A DNA stretch of 64,000 bases from Camelus ferus (lineage: Eukaryota). Both the position numbers and the translations under genes were made by a program. The stretch lies in assembly GCF_009834535.1 (NCBI RefSeq), contig NC_045697.1, positions 46,502,001 through 46,566,000 of the forward strand. Reading direction: 5' to 3'. The notes under the pieces are model-generated. The model was not told the origin of the DNA. It saw nothing but the letters and a program-made list of their open reading frames with translations, and searched no databases. This document shows positions 1-11,230 of this stretch, piece by piece (within the stretch, counting starts at the first letter, position 1; each line of letters opens with the position of its first letter).

Positions 1-1510
1 CTATGCTTCATTGTTTTGAGTAATTAATTCTGTTTTTAATTCCAGTAGTGGCAACTTTTATAAAAGTAATAATGTTAAAACATATTTCTCATATCACCCT
101 CAGAAATGAGGTAGTATCTAGTGAATACCCACTGTGAAATACGAATAAGTTAACACTTTTACAGACATTTTTATTCCCTCCTTCTTTCTTCTGTGTCTCA
201 GGTTTTGTTAATTTGCTATGATTTTTCTTCCTCCAATTGATTTTAGGAAACATATCATTATTATTTCTTTACGTGGACAAAGGCGTCTCAAGATGGCCGT
301 AGGTCCCTGTATAAGGAGACTCAATGATTCCTTCCACTCTTTTCCTACCACACCTCATGGTTGGTTAATTTCCACCCCCAAGGTAACTGGGAACTTAGTT
401 CATTCTGGGCAACAGGCCAGAACTAGGGATTCAACACAAGGTAGGCCAGTCACTAACTATCCTTCCTGACAGCAGCTCCTAGTGTAGTAGACAGAACTTC
501 CAAATGAGGAAAGAAAAGTTGCTTCTCTTTTCTTATACTTTCAATAATGTTCATTTAAAAAAAATTTTTCATTTTCATTCTTTCACTTTTCACTGAGTTC
601 TCACTTGATAGTAGGAAACTCTATGGGCACTCCAGTCACATCGTTTCATTTGTGTTTCAAGGCACGCATACTTGACATTTTAAATTTCGATTCTGCTTAA
701 TTAATTCTCACGGCTTCACAAGCAGCTCTTCGGTTTACCTCTGGGTAAGGAATTTTCCCTGTCTCGTCTGCTTCGTTCACCCTCACATATTTGTTTCGAA
801 CATTTGGATTTGTGCTTGCTCAATGGTGTGTGAGTTTGAAATGCCAGGGGAAAATAATTGGACAATGCCATCTACTCAAAGTTTAAAAGCTTAATTATGT
901 TTCTAGTGTTCTATCACTTGTCAGAAGCCACTATGTTGAATCTCAGATGGTTATCCGTAAGTTCTTGTGTCTTGAAAAGTATCCTGGGAATGAATTTTTA
1001 AAGCACTGTCTCAACTCATTTTCTTACAAATCTCTTTCTATTCACAAATCATTACTACTGTCTTACCAAATTTCTTGTGAGAAGGGAATCCCTGAGAGAC
1101 AGATTTAAAGAAACAAAACAAAAACAGAGCCATCTAAATAGTCAAATGGTAGGAAGTTCTAAAAAGTAGAAAACTTTGTTTTAATTCTGCATCAGAAGTC
1201 CCCTGTCAGTGTGGTGGTCTATGAAATTATTTTACTAATTTATTCCTTTGTGAAATGAGAGGAGGAGAAGGAAAGCAGTTGCCCTTAAGTCACTGCTTTG
1301 AAAACTCAAGAGGGTATGATGGTCTGGGTAATCCCATTTGCAAAGACATCTGGGAAGAAGTACCACCTAAGTGGCCTTCAGTAGAATTTTTTTTTTTCAA
1401 AAAAATTCCCTAATACAACTTTCTTCATAAACATTTCATTTTCTATATCTGAAAGCTTCACAATGTGTACATAAAATGTTCTATGATGCCTTATGAAAGA
1501 TAATAAACAC

Positions 1511-1538
1511 ATTTTATTTATTTATTTATTTATTTATT
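1511..1538 (+). repeat. (TTTA)n microsatellite
   Basis: attttatttatttatttatttatttatt. Confidence 0.85.
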
Positions 1539-2199
1539 GGTTTATTATACAGTTCATTTTTCCCCCAAACTTAATCCCATGCTAATCTCCATGAAACATT
1601 TAATACCAGTTTGCTGCTGTTGTTGTCCTAGGAAACACAGTTTGGGGAACCTTGCCTTGGGGACATGTTTCTCATGAAGCTTATGACTTTGAGATTTAAG
1701 TCAATAGTTTAAAAAGGAATAAAAAGGATGGCAGACAATCATTTTGTTTTACACTTGACTCTTGAACAACTGGAACAGGCAAGCACATGTGCATCCACAG
1801 ACAAAGAAAGCTTCCATGGGGAAGTCTGTCTCTATACTTATGCCCAATTCTAGGACTTTGGCTCTTTGTCCCCAGATATTAACCTCACTCCCATTATTGC
1901 CCAATACTAACAACTTCTATATCATTTTAATGTGTAAAAAATGGAAACTCATTTAAACTAATAATACTGGATGTAAGTTCATGCTAACGTATTAATTATG
2001 AAGAAATTCCTTAATTCCAAAGGGATTCCATAAATTGAGAGTTAGAATGGTGCACAGAGTTAGTGAAATCGTGAGGGAAGTAAACGACTTTGTTGGCACT
2101 TGAAAGAAGAAACTTCTTCAAGATGGAGGCAGAGAGACTATTACAAAGATAAAATTTCCTGACTTGGCAATTTGGTCTACTACCTACTCTAGCTGTGCT

Positions 2200-2830
2200 A
2201 GACAAAATTATTCCCAAATGCACATTTCTAAAGTGACTTCCAAAATGAAGTACCAGTTATTATTCAATGGTATTGTGTGATAGACGTATCTCATTTGTAC
2301 CCTTGCCAGCATTTTTATAATATTTGTAATCTTCGCCAGTTTTGTGTAGAATAATTCTCGTTATTTTTTCATTATAAACTCTTTGTCAGGTTAAGTATTT
2401 TAAATTTTTTTGTGAACTATATTTCCATCTTCTCACGCAACATATATTGGTTATGTAGGGACTAATGATTTAATCTGAACAATTCCATCCCCTTAGTTGA
2501 TTTCCATTCTCACAGTTTTTCTGCTTTATGGACATATTCAGTGAATATGAGGTATAAACAAAACCAACTTGTTGTCTTATCTCAAATAACCCCAGAGTGT
2601 GATCTGATGATGAAGTTGCTTAAAACTGTGATGAGAATACAGTGGAAGACTGTATGCATTCTATTTACCATGCTGTTTTTAAGTTGGCTGAATGTCATGA
2701 ATGTCAGAAACGAAACAAAGATGCCTGCTATCACCTTTAGTAGTTAACACTGAAAGAGCTAGTCATTAAGATATACCAAAAACAAACAAACAAAAAAGGA
2801 AATTAGGTAAAGTTATTAGAAATAGGAGAC
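2200..2830. mobile_element. Highly decayed old L1 (L1M/L1ME-type) fragments
   Basis: About 2200-2450 resembles an antisense L1 3' region. About 2705-2820 (gaaacgaaacaaagatgcctgctatcacc) resembles the RT GTRQGCPLSP coding region in sense. Confidence 0.4.
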
Positions 2831-3469
2831 CAGTGAAATTATTTTAACATATAAAGTTACCTGTGCTTACATTATAGAAGCAATGGATTATCCTAAATTC
2901 TTTGGAAATCTTGGATTGTGTATATCATCTGTATTATGGGATAAAAAGTCTACTTTCTCCATTGAAAAGATAGTTTTTCATTTTCCTCCCCATACCAAAA
3001 CCCAGTTGAAATCCAGAAGAACTATTTCACACAGGAAACTAATTCTAATTTCTTAATATGCAGGGAATATGTGTTCAGTCTTATTCAAGGAAAGCCTCAC
3101 CAGTGGAAACAATTTTCATATAATAATAATTTTATAGAGCAACCTAATTTTTAATAATGACCAAATTAAAAAAAATAAATTAGAAGTTAGATACACTTAG
3201 TACATGCTGTTTCTTACACTTATAATCTTATACTTACTAAACTTGTCAAAAATCCAGTACAAGAGCTATGGAAAGACATGAGGAGGAAGAAGGAAGAAAC
3301 TGGAAGGGCTATTGTTTCAATTCAGTTGATGAAGGGATTTGTAAGGTACGAAAATGAGAAGGATAGATAGAGACAGATAGCAAATGATACTAATAGTTAA
3401 AATCGGCTACTTATTTGTACTGAAGTGTTTCACATGGAGTGTGGGTTCCAGCCTTCAAAACGAATTCAT

Positions 3470-3600
3470 GTAGTAGCTAATATTTTCATCCCCAGTCATG
3501 TGAATAAGAACTGAGGCTCAGAGAAGTGAAACAGCATTTATAAAAGCAAAGAGCTTAGCAGCAGACATAGCATTGGAACACAAACTTATATGATCTAGAA
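3470..3600 (-). mobile_element. MIR SINE fragment
   Basis: Contains the antisense MIR core gaactgaggctcagagaagtgaa. Confidence 0.6.
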
Positions 3601-3829
3601 ACCAAGAAATTTATTTTATTTTAATTGATTCATTAACTTACTTAAAGTGATGTAGGTACCTAATTTATAAATTTAAATAGTTTTACAAAACTAAAAAGAT
3701 AGTCGGTTACCCTAAATCTGAAATTCCAGATTCTACACAAGATACAACACTCAATTTTTTTCACTTGTGTTCTCTGGTCATTCACCTCAATATTTCTAGA
3801 CATCAAAGGTTGTATCACTATTTTTTGTA

Positions 3830-6760
3830 AAGCAAATTTACTGAGCTCTAATTTATTATATCACAAGATGTTCTGTTCAGTGAGCTTAAATATGCTCACC
3901 AATGTAATCACCAGCCTCATCAAGAGACAGACATTGTCATCACCCCAGAAAGTCCTTTTGTGTTCTTTCCCAGTCAGTGCTTTCACTCACCCTGACCCAA
4001 GGTGTTGATGTAACTTTTATCAACATAGATTTACATAAATTAGTTTTACTTCTCTAGAGCTTCGTATATAGTATAGTTTTTTTGTTTGTTTTTATTTTTG
4101 TTTTTTGCATCTAGCTTCCTTTGCTCAGCAAAACAATCTGGACATTCATCCATGTCGTTGCCTATATCAGCACTTAGCAGTGTTTCACTGTATAGATTTG
4201 TCACAATTTTTAAAATCCATTTTCCTTTGATAGATATTTGAGTTATTTCCAGTGTTCAGCTAGTAGGACTAATCTACTATGAATATTTGTGCACAAGTCT
4301 TTGTGAGGACGAATGTTTTCATTCATTTTTGTAGTGGAGGAAGGTAGGTGTACGTTTAATCTGGTAAGAAACTGACAAAACATTTTCTAAAGTTGCACCA
4401 TTCACACTCTCACTGACAGTGTATGAGAGTTCTAATTCCACATTCCCACTGACACTTATTTTTGTCAATATTTTTAATTTTAGCCATTCCCTTGGATATG
4501 TAATCATTTCTCATTATGATTTTAATTTACATTTTTCTGAAGAATAATGATTTTCAGCAGCTATTCATGTGCTTATTAGTCTTTCATATATTTTCTTTTT
4601 TAAAATTAAAGTATAGACACTTTTTTATTAAAGTTACACTGTATCAATTTCTGGTGTACAGAACAATGTCCCAGTCATGCATATACACACATATATTCGT
4701 TTTCATATTCTTTTCCATTAAAGGTTATTACAAGATACTGAATTTAGTTCCCTGTGCTATACAGAAGAAATTTGTTTTTTTTAATCTATTTTTAGATATA
4801 ATGGCTAACATTTGCTAATCTCAAACATCAAATTTATCCCTTCCCACCTCTTTTCTGCTGGTAACCATATGATTGTTTACTATGTCTGCGAATCTGTTTC
4901 TGTTTTGTAGATGAGTTCATTAGTGTCCTCTTTTTTTCTTTTCCACCTGTGAGTGATATATGATATTTTTCTTTCTCTTTCTGGCTTACTTCACTTAGAA
5001 TGACGATCTCTAGGTCCATCCATGCTGCAGCAAATGGCATAATCTTTTTTAAAGGCTGAGTAGTATTTCATTGTATAAATATACCACAACTTCTTTATCC
5101 AGTCATCTGTTGATGGACATTTAGGTTGCTTCCATGTCTTGGCTATTGTATATAGTGATGCTATGGACATTGGGATATATATGTATTTTCGAATTAAACT
5201 CTCCTCTGGATATATGCCCAGGAATGGGATTGCTGGATCATATGGCAACTCCATTTTTAGTTTTTTAAGGAACCTCTGTCCTGTTTTCCATAATGGCTGC
5301 ACCAATTTACATTTCCACCAACAGTGTAGGATGGTTCCCTTTTCTCCACAGCCTCTCTAGCATTTATCATTTGTGGACTTTTTAATGATGGCCATTCTGA
5401 CTGGTGTGAGGTGATACTTTATTGTAGTTTTGATTTGCATTTCTCTGATAATTAGTGATACTGAACATTTTTCATGTGTCTATTGGCCATTTTATTTCTT
5501 CACTGGAGAATCACTAGTTAGGTCTTCTGCCCAGTTTTGGATTGCGTTATTTGTTTTTTTTTTGTTTTTTTTTTTTTTGTTATTAAGTTGTATGAACTGT
5601 TTATATATCCTGGAAATTAAACCTTTGTCAGTCATATCATTTGCAAATATTTTCTCCCATTCTGTAGGTTGTCATTTTTTTTTTTTTTTTGCTTATGGTT
5701 TTTATTGTGCAAAAGCTTGTAAGTTTAATTAGGCCCAATTTGTTAATTTTTGCTTTTATTTCTATTGCCTGGGTGAGTGCCCTAGGAGAACATTGCTAAG
5801 ATTTATGTCAGAATGTTTTGCCTATGTTTTCTTCTAAGTTTATCATGTCTTGTCTTACATTTAAGTCTTCAAGCCATTTTGAGTTTATTTTGGGGTATGG
5901 TGTGAGAGAATGTTCTAACTTCATTGATTTACATGCTGCTGTCTAGCTTCCCAACACCAATTGCTAAAGAGACTGTCTTTTCTCCATTGTATATTCTTGC
6001 CTCCTTTGTTGAAAATTAATTGACCATAGGTCTGTGGGTTTATTTCTGGGCTATCTATTCTGTTCCATTGATCCATGTCTGTTTTTCAGTCTTTCATATA
6101 TTTTCTTTCGTGAAATGCCTGTTGAAGTCCTTCGCCCATATATTTTGTCTTCTTATTTTTGAGTTGTAAGAGTCTTTACATGTATTTTGTCAGATATATT
6201 TATTGCAAATATTTTCTCCCAAAATGCAGTATGTCTCATTATTTTCTTGTTTATGCCTTTTGAAGAACAGATATTATTAATTCTGATGAAGTCCAATTTA
6301 TACATTTAAATTATATTATTACATTTTGTTTTCGAAGGACTCTACCTACCTACCCTAAGGTCACAAAGATTCTCTACTCTGCTTTCTTTTAGAATTTCTA
6401 TGGTTTTAGAGTCCTCATTTAGGACTGTGACTCATTTCAAATTAATTTTTGTGTGGAGTGTGAAATAAGGTCAAGGATTTTTTTTTAAATGATAATCAAT
6501 TGATGAATACTATTTGTTTAAAAAGCTATGCCTTCCATTAAATTACTTGGACACCTTTGTTGTAAATAATTGGCTGTATACATGTGGATCTCTTTCTGAA
6601 GCCTCTTTTTTGACCCATTAATCAATTTTATAATTTTTATGTCTATACACATTCTCATAATTATAGAATGTTTTAAAATTAGGTAGTATAAGCTCACCAG
6701 TCTTTTTAAAAATATTTTTCAAAGATATTTTTAGCTGTTCTAGGTTTTTTATTCCATTAT
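3830..6760 (-). mobile_element. Old L1M element (3' end plus ORF2 end), split by a younger L1 at 4599-6087
   Basis: L1M 3'UTR motifs such as catcaccccagaaagt and gacattcatccatgtcgttg. The old sequence resumes after the second TSD copy (tgaaatgcctgttgaagtccttcgccca). Confidence 0.75.
4599..6087 (-). mobile_element. Young camelid-lineage L1, 5'-truncated (ORF2 C-terminus plus 3'UTR)
   Basis: ORFs 4991-5305(-) ([14 protein letters not shown]...[20 protein letters not shown]) and 4834-5040(-) are L1 ORF2 C-terminal. Perfect 21-bp TSD agtctttcatatattttcttt at 4578-4598 and 6088-6108. Confidence 0.95.
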
Positions 6761-6792
6761 TTTTTATATTTCAGTTTTAGACATTATGTATT

Positions 6793-7336
6793 TTTTATTG
6801 ATTTATAATCATTTTACAATGTTGTGTCAAATTCCAGTGTAGAGCACAATTTTTCAGTTATACATGAACATATATATATTCATTGTCACTTTTTCTCTGT
6901 GAGTTACCATAAGATCTTGTGTACATTTCCCTGTGCTATACAGTATAATCTTGTTTATCTATTCTACAATTTTGAAATCCCGTCTGTCCCTTCCCACCCT
7001 CTGCCCCCTTGGCAACCCCAATGTTCATAGCAGCACTATTTACAATAGCCAAGACACAGAGACAGCCTAAATGTCCATCAACGGATGACTGGATAAAGAT
7101 GATGTGGTATATTTATACAATAGAATACTACTCAGCTATAAAAACCGACAACATAATGCCATTTGCAGCAACATGGATGCTCCTGGAGAATGTCATTCTA
7201 AGTGAAGTAAACCAGAAAGAGAAAGAAAAATGCCATATGAGATCACTCATATGTGGACTCTAAAAAAACAAAAACAAACAAAAAAAAGCATAAATACAAA
7301 ACAGAAACAGACTCATAGACATAGAATACAAACTTG
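6793..7336. mobile_element. Young camelid L1 with 5' inversion (twin priming)
   Basis: 6793 to about 7017 is the 3'UTR and tail in antisense. About 7018-7336 is the ORF2 end and proximal 3'UTR in sense (ORF 7009-7263). TSD tagacattat(g/a)tatt at 6778-6792 and 7337-7351. Confidence 0.93.
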
Positions 7337-7351
7337 TAGACATTATATATT

Positions 7352-8555
7352 GACTACTTAATTCTCAAGATGAAAGTTTAGTTATTCCTTCCTTTCTCCT
7401 ATGAAATTTAATCAAAATTTTTGTTAAATGAGCATACAATTTATTGTTTGGCTATTATAGAGAGTGATATTATTTATAGATAATTCACATGAGGTAAAAC
7501 AATTTACATTCTCTTTCTTGTAAAGACGTCTTCTGTAAAATTTTTGTTTGCCCTTTGCCTTACATCTCCATTTGTCCCTAACTCTATAGCAGGAATTCAA
7601 ATCTCTGCAAAATGTTCAAATATATTATTAGTATTCCATCATTCTTCTGTCCTGATAATAATGTTTTCTCTCTAAGCCTGATATGAAGTTCTCATCCCAG
7701 AACTTATCTCTATAACTCTGGGAATCCTCTTCATTTATCTCCTGTGTTATATTAGGAATTTCAGTTTCCTACACCCTATATCTTTTTTTTTAATTAATTA
7801 TTTTTTTTTTGGCAGGAGGGGTAATAAGGTTTATTCATTTTTTTTTAATGGAGGTACTAGGGATTGAACCCAGGACACTGTGCTTGCTAAACATGTCCTC
7901 TACCACTTGAGCTATATCCTCCCTCCTCCTATATCTTCTTTTACTTAGCATGAACCTCATCCTCCAGTGGCTAAGTGAGAAAAGGTGCATAGCAACTAAA
8001 TTCTTGGAGGAATTGTGTTTGATTAACGTCTTTATTTTTCCCCAACTGATATTGTGAGTGATGTAAAACTGTAGGTTAGAATTCATTTTTCCCTCAGAAT
8101 TTTTTTTTTTGGTATAGTTTCATCTTTTTTTAGTTTTTCATATTTCTGTCAAGAAGCCTGTCTTAGTTTTGAGTCTAGATCCTTTTACGAGTGTGAGTGT
8201 ATGTTTTGATGCTTCTACAGTCTTTTCATTCTCTTCCCTCTGAAATTTCATGATAATATTCCTTCCTGCATGTCTATTTTGTTTATTGCACTAGGTACTC
8301 TAAGCACATTTTCAGTTTAGACACTCACGTTCTTCTGTTTGGGGTTATTTTATGGAATCTAAACTGTAATTACCTGGTTTTGTTTTCTTTGTTTTTTTCT
8401 TTGGAAAACCTATTATTCAGGTACTGGACTGCTTGGCCATGTTTTCTCATCTTTTTCTCATCTTTGCTTTCCTATATTTTTTTATCTTGATACTTTTATT
8501 TTAATTTCTAGATGTTTGCTCAAATTTACTGTTCTGTTTTTTCTTGAATTTTGTA
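7352..8555 (-). mobile_element. HAL1 (half-L1) fossil, 3' and central part
   Basis: catcctccagtggctaagtgagaaaaggtgcat...gtctttatt...ggttagaattcattttt...ccctcagaatttt matches my recollection of antisense HAL1 ORF1. Interrupted by a SINE. Confidence 0.6.
7785..7927 (-). mobile_element. Camelid tRNA-derived SINE (Vic-1 type)
   Basis: Reverse complement reads gaggatatagctcaagtggtagagg...ctgggttcaatccctagtacctccatt, with Pol III A/B boxes. TSD cctatatctt at 7775-7784 and 7928-7937. Confidence 0.92.
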
Positions 8556-10990
8556 TTGTGGTAAAAAAACACACAACATAAAATTTATCATCTCTATCAC
8601 TGTTAACTGTATAGTACCATAGTGCTAGCTATAGACACACTGTTGTGCAACAAATTTCTAGAAGTTATTCATCTTGTAGTACTAAAGCTCTACATCAGTG
8701 GAAAAACTCCCCTTCTTCCTTCCCCACTAGCCTCTGGCAACCATCATTATACTTTTTATTTCTAAGAGTTTGACTGCTGTAGATACCTCATATAAGTGTA
8801 ATCATACAGTATTCGTCTTTTTGTAACTGGCCTATGTCACCTAGCATAAAATCCTCAAGGTTTATCTATGTTGTAGCACATGAAAAGATTTCCCTTTTCA
8901 GGGCTGAATGATATCTCATTGTATGTATATGCCACATTTTATTTTTCCATTTATCCATCAGTGGACATTTAGGTTGCTTTCACCTCTTGGTTATTTTGCA
9001 TAATGCTGCAATAAACATGAGTATGAAAATATCTCTTCTAAATCCTATTTTCAAGCTATAAACAAAACAAAAAGACAAACCATGGACTGGGAGAAAATAT
9101 TTGCAAAAGATGTGACTGACTAAGGTTTAATTTCCAAAATATACAAACAGCTCATACAACTTAATAACAAAAAAACCAAACAACCCAAACAAAAATGGGC
9201 AGAAGACCTAAGCAGACATTTCTCTAATGAAGACATACAAATGGCCAATAGGCACATGAAAAAATGCTCAATATCAATAATTATCAGAGAAATGCAAATG
9301 AAAACTACAATGAGGTATCACCTCACACCAGTCAGGATGGCCATTATTAAAAAGTCCACAAACAATAAATGCTGGAGAGGGTGTGGAGAAAAGGCAACTT
9401 TCCTACACTGTTGGTGGGAATGTAAATTGGTGCAGCTATTATGGAAAACAGGATGGATGGTTCCTTAAAAAACTAAAAACATTGTTGCCATATGATCCAG
9501 GAATCCTACTCCTGGGCTTATACCCAGAGGAAAGTCTAATTCGAAAAGATACATGCACCCTAATGTTCATAGCAGCACTATTTATGATAATCAAGACATG
9601 GAAGAAATCTAAATGTCCATCAAGAGATGAGTGGATAAAGATATACTATTTATATACAATAGAATACTACTCAGCCATAAAAAAGAATGAAATAATGCCA
9701 TGTGCAGCAATATGGATGGACCTAGAGATTATCATACTAAGTGAAGTAAATCAGACAAAGACATATGTCATATGATATCATTTATATGTGGATTATAAAA
9801 AATGATAAAATGAACTTACTTTCAAAGCACAAATAGACTCACAAACATAAAACAAATTTATGGTTACCAAAGGGAAAAGGGAGGGAGAGAGGGATAAATT
9901 AAGAGTTTGGGATTAGCAGATATATAAAATAGATAAACAATAAGATCCTACTGTACAGAACAGGGAACTATACTAAATTATATTAAAAAAGGAAAAAAAA
10001 TTCTATTTTCAATGTTTTTGGATATAAACCTTAAAGTGTGATTGCTACATCATATGGTAATTCTATTTTTATTTTTTGAGTAATCTTCATATTGTTTGCC
10101 ATAGCAGGTGCACCATTTCACATTCCCATGAATATTGCACAAGAATTCCAATTTCTCTACATCTTGCCTACACTTGTATTTCATTTTGTTTTGTTTTTTG
10201 ATAGTGGGCATCTAAATGGATGTGAGGTGATAGCTCATTGTAGTTTTAAATTGCATTTTCCTGATGGCTAATGGTATTGAACATCTAATATATGCTTATT
10301 GGTCATTTGTATATCTTTTTGGGAGAAATGTCTATTAAGTCTTTTGCCCCTTAAAAATTTTTTTTAATGTTGTTGAGTTGTAGGAATTCTGGATAATAAT
10401 CCTTTATCAGATACATGATTTGAAAATATTTTCTCTCATTCCATAGGTTGCCTTTTACTTTGTTGATTGTTTCCTTTGCTATGCAAAAGTTTTAAAGTTT
10501 GTTTTAGTCCTTTTGTCTATTTTTGCTTTTGTAGACTGGGCTTTTGGTATCATATTTAAGAAATCATTGCCAAATCTAAATCATGAAGATTTTGCTCTAC
10601 ATTTTCTTTTAGGATTTTATAGTTCCAGGTATTACATTTAGGGCTTTAATCCATTTTAAATTAATTTTTGCATATAATGTGAGGTAAGGGTCCAAGTTCA
10701 TTCTCCTGCATGTTGGTTTCCAGTTTCCCAGCACCACTTGCTGAAGAAACTATCCCTTACTTATTGTGTGTATAACCTTGGCACCCTTGACAAAGGTCAT
10801 TGGCAAGGGTGCCAAATAAGAAACGTGAGGGTTTATTTTAGGGCTCTTTATTCTCTTCCATTGGTCTATGTATCAGCCTTTATGTCAGTACCACACTGTT
10901 TCCATTACTATAGCTTCACAATATGTTTTGAAAACAGGATGTGTGAGGCCTTCAGGTATGCTTTTCTTTCTCAAGATTGTTTTGGTAAGT
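8556..10990 (-). mobile_element. Eutherian-age L1 (L1MA10/L1MB-type) 3' part, split by a younger L1 at 9055-9997
   Basis: L1MA/MB 3'UTR motifs (ttgtggtaaa...ctggcaaccatcatt...gatacctcatataagtg). Antisense ORF2 continues after 10012. Confidence 0.85.
9055..9997 (+). mobile_element. Camelid/cetartiodactyl L1, 5'-truncated (ORF2 C-terminus plus shortened 3'UTR)
   Basis: ORF 9241-9468 contains the CCHC knuckle [18 protein letters not shown], and ORF 9383-9775 is the ORF2 end. A-tail present. TSD aaat(c/t)ctattttcaa at 9040-9054 and 9998-10012. Confidence 0.95.
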
Positions 10991-10994
10991 TGAG

Positions 10995-11230
10995 GTTCTT
11001 GAGACATTGGGCTGTAGGAGTTCAGAGTCTCACTTTTCATATGTAGACTTTCATGTCACTAAATGTTTTCACTATAGCCTCTCTACCCTCAGCTGAGCTG
11101 GGTGTTATTATGGCCAGGGTCCCTTTGGTTCAGCAGAGAGTAAATCTCCAGTCTTCTGCTGTGATGGTCATAAGACTGGGAATGGGTGATAGTTGCTTTG
11201 CTGTTGATGGATGGAAAGGATCTGGGGTCT
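10995..11230 (-). mobile_element. HAL1 5' part (continuation of the 7352-8555 element)
   Basis: ggttcagcagagagtaaatctccagtcttctgc resembles the HAL1 5' region as I recall it. Confidence 0.5.

Noticed and set aside
9241..9775. ORFs with a Cys/His knuckle as a cellular zinc-finger gene
   Set aside because: They are frameshifted L1 ORF2 C-terminal fragments inside a TSD-bounded insertion.
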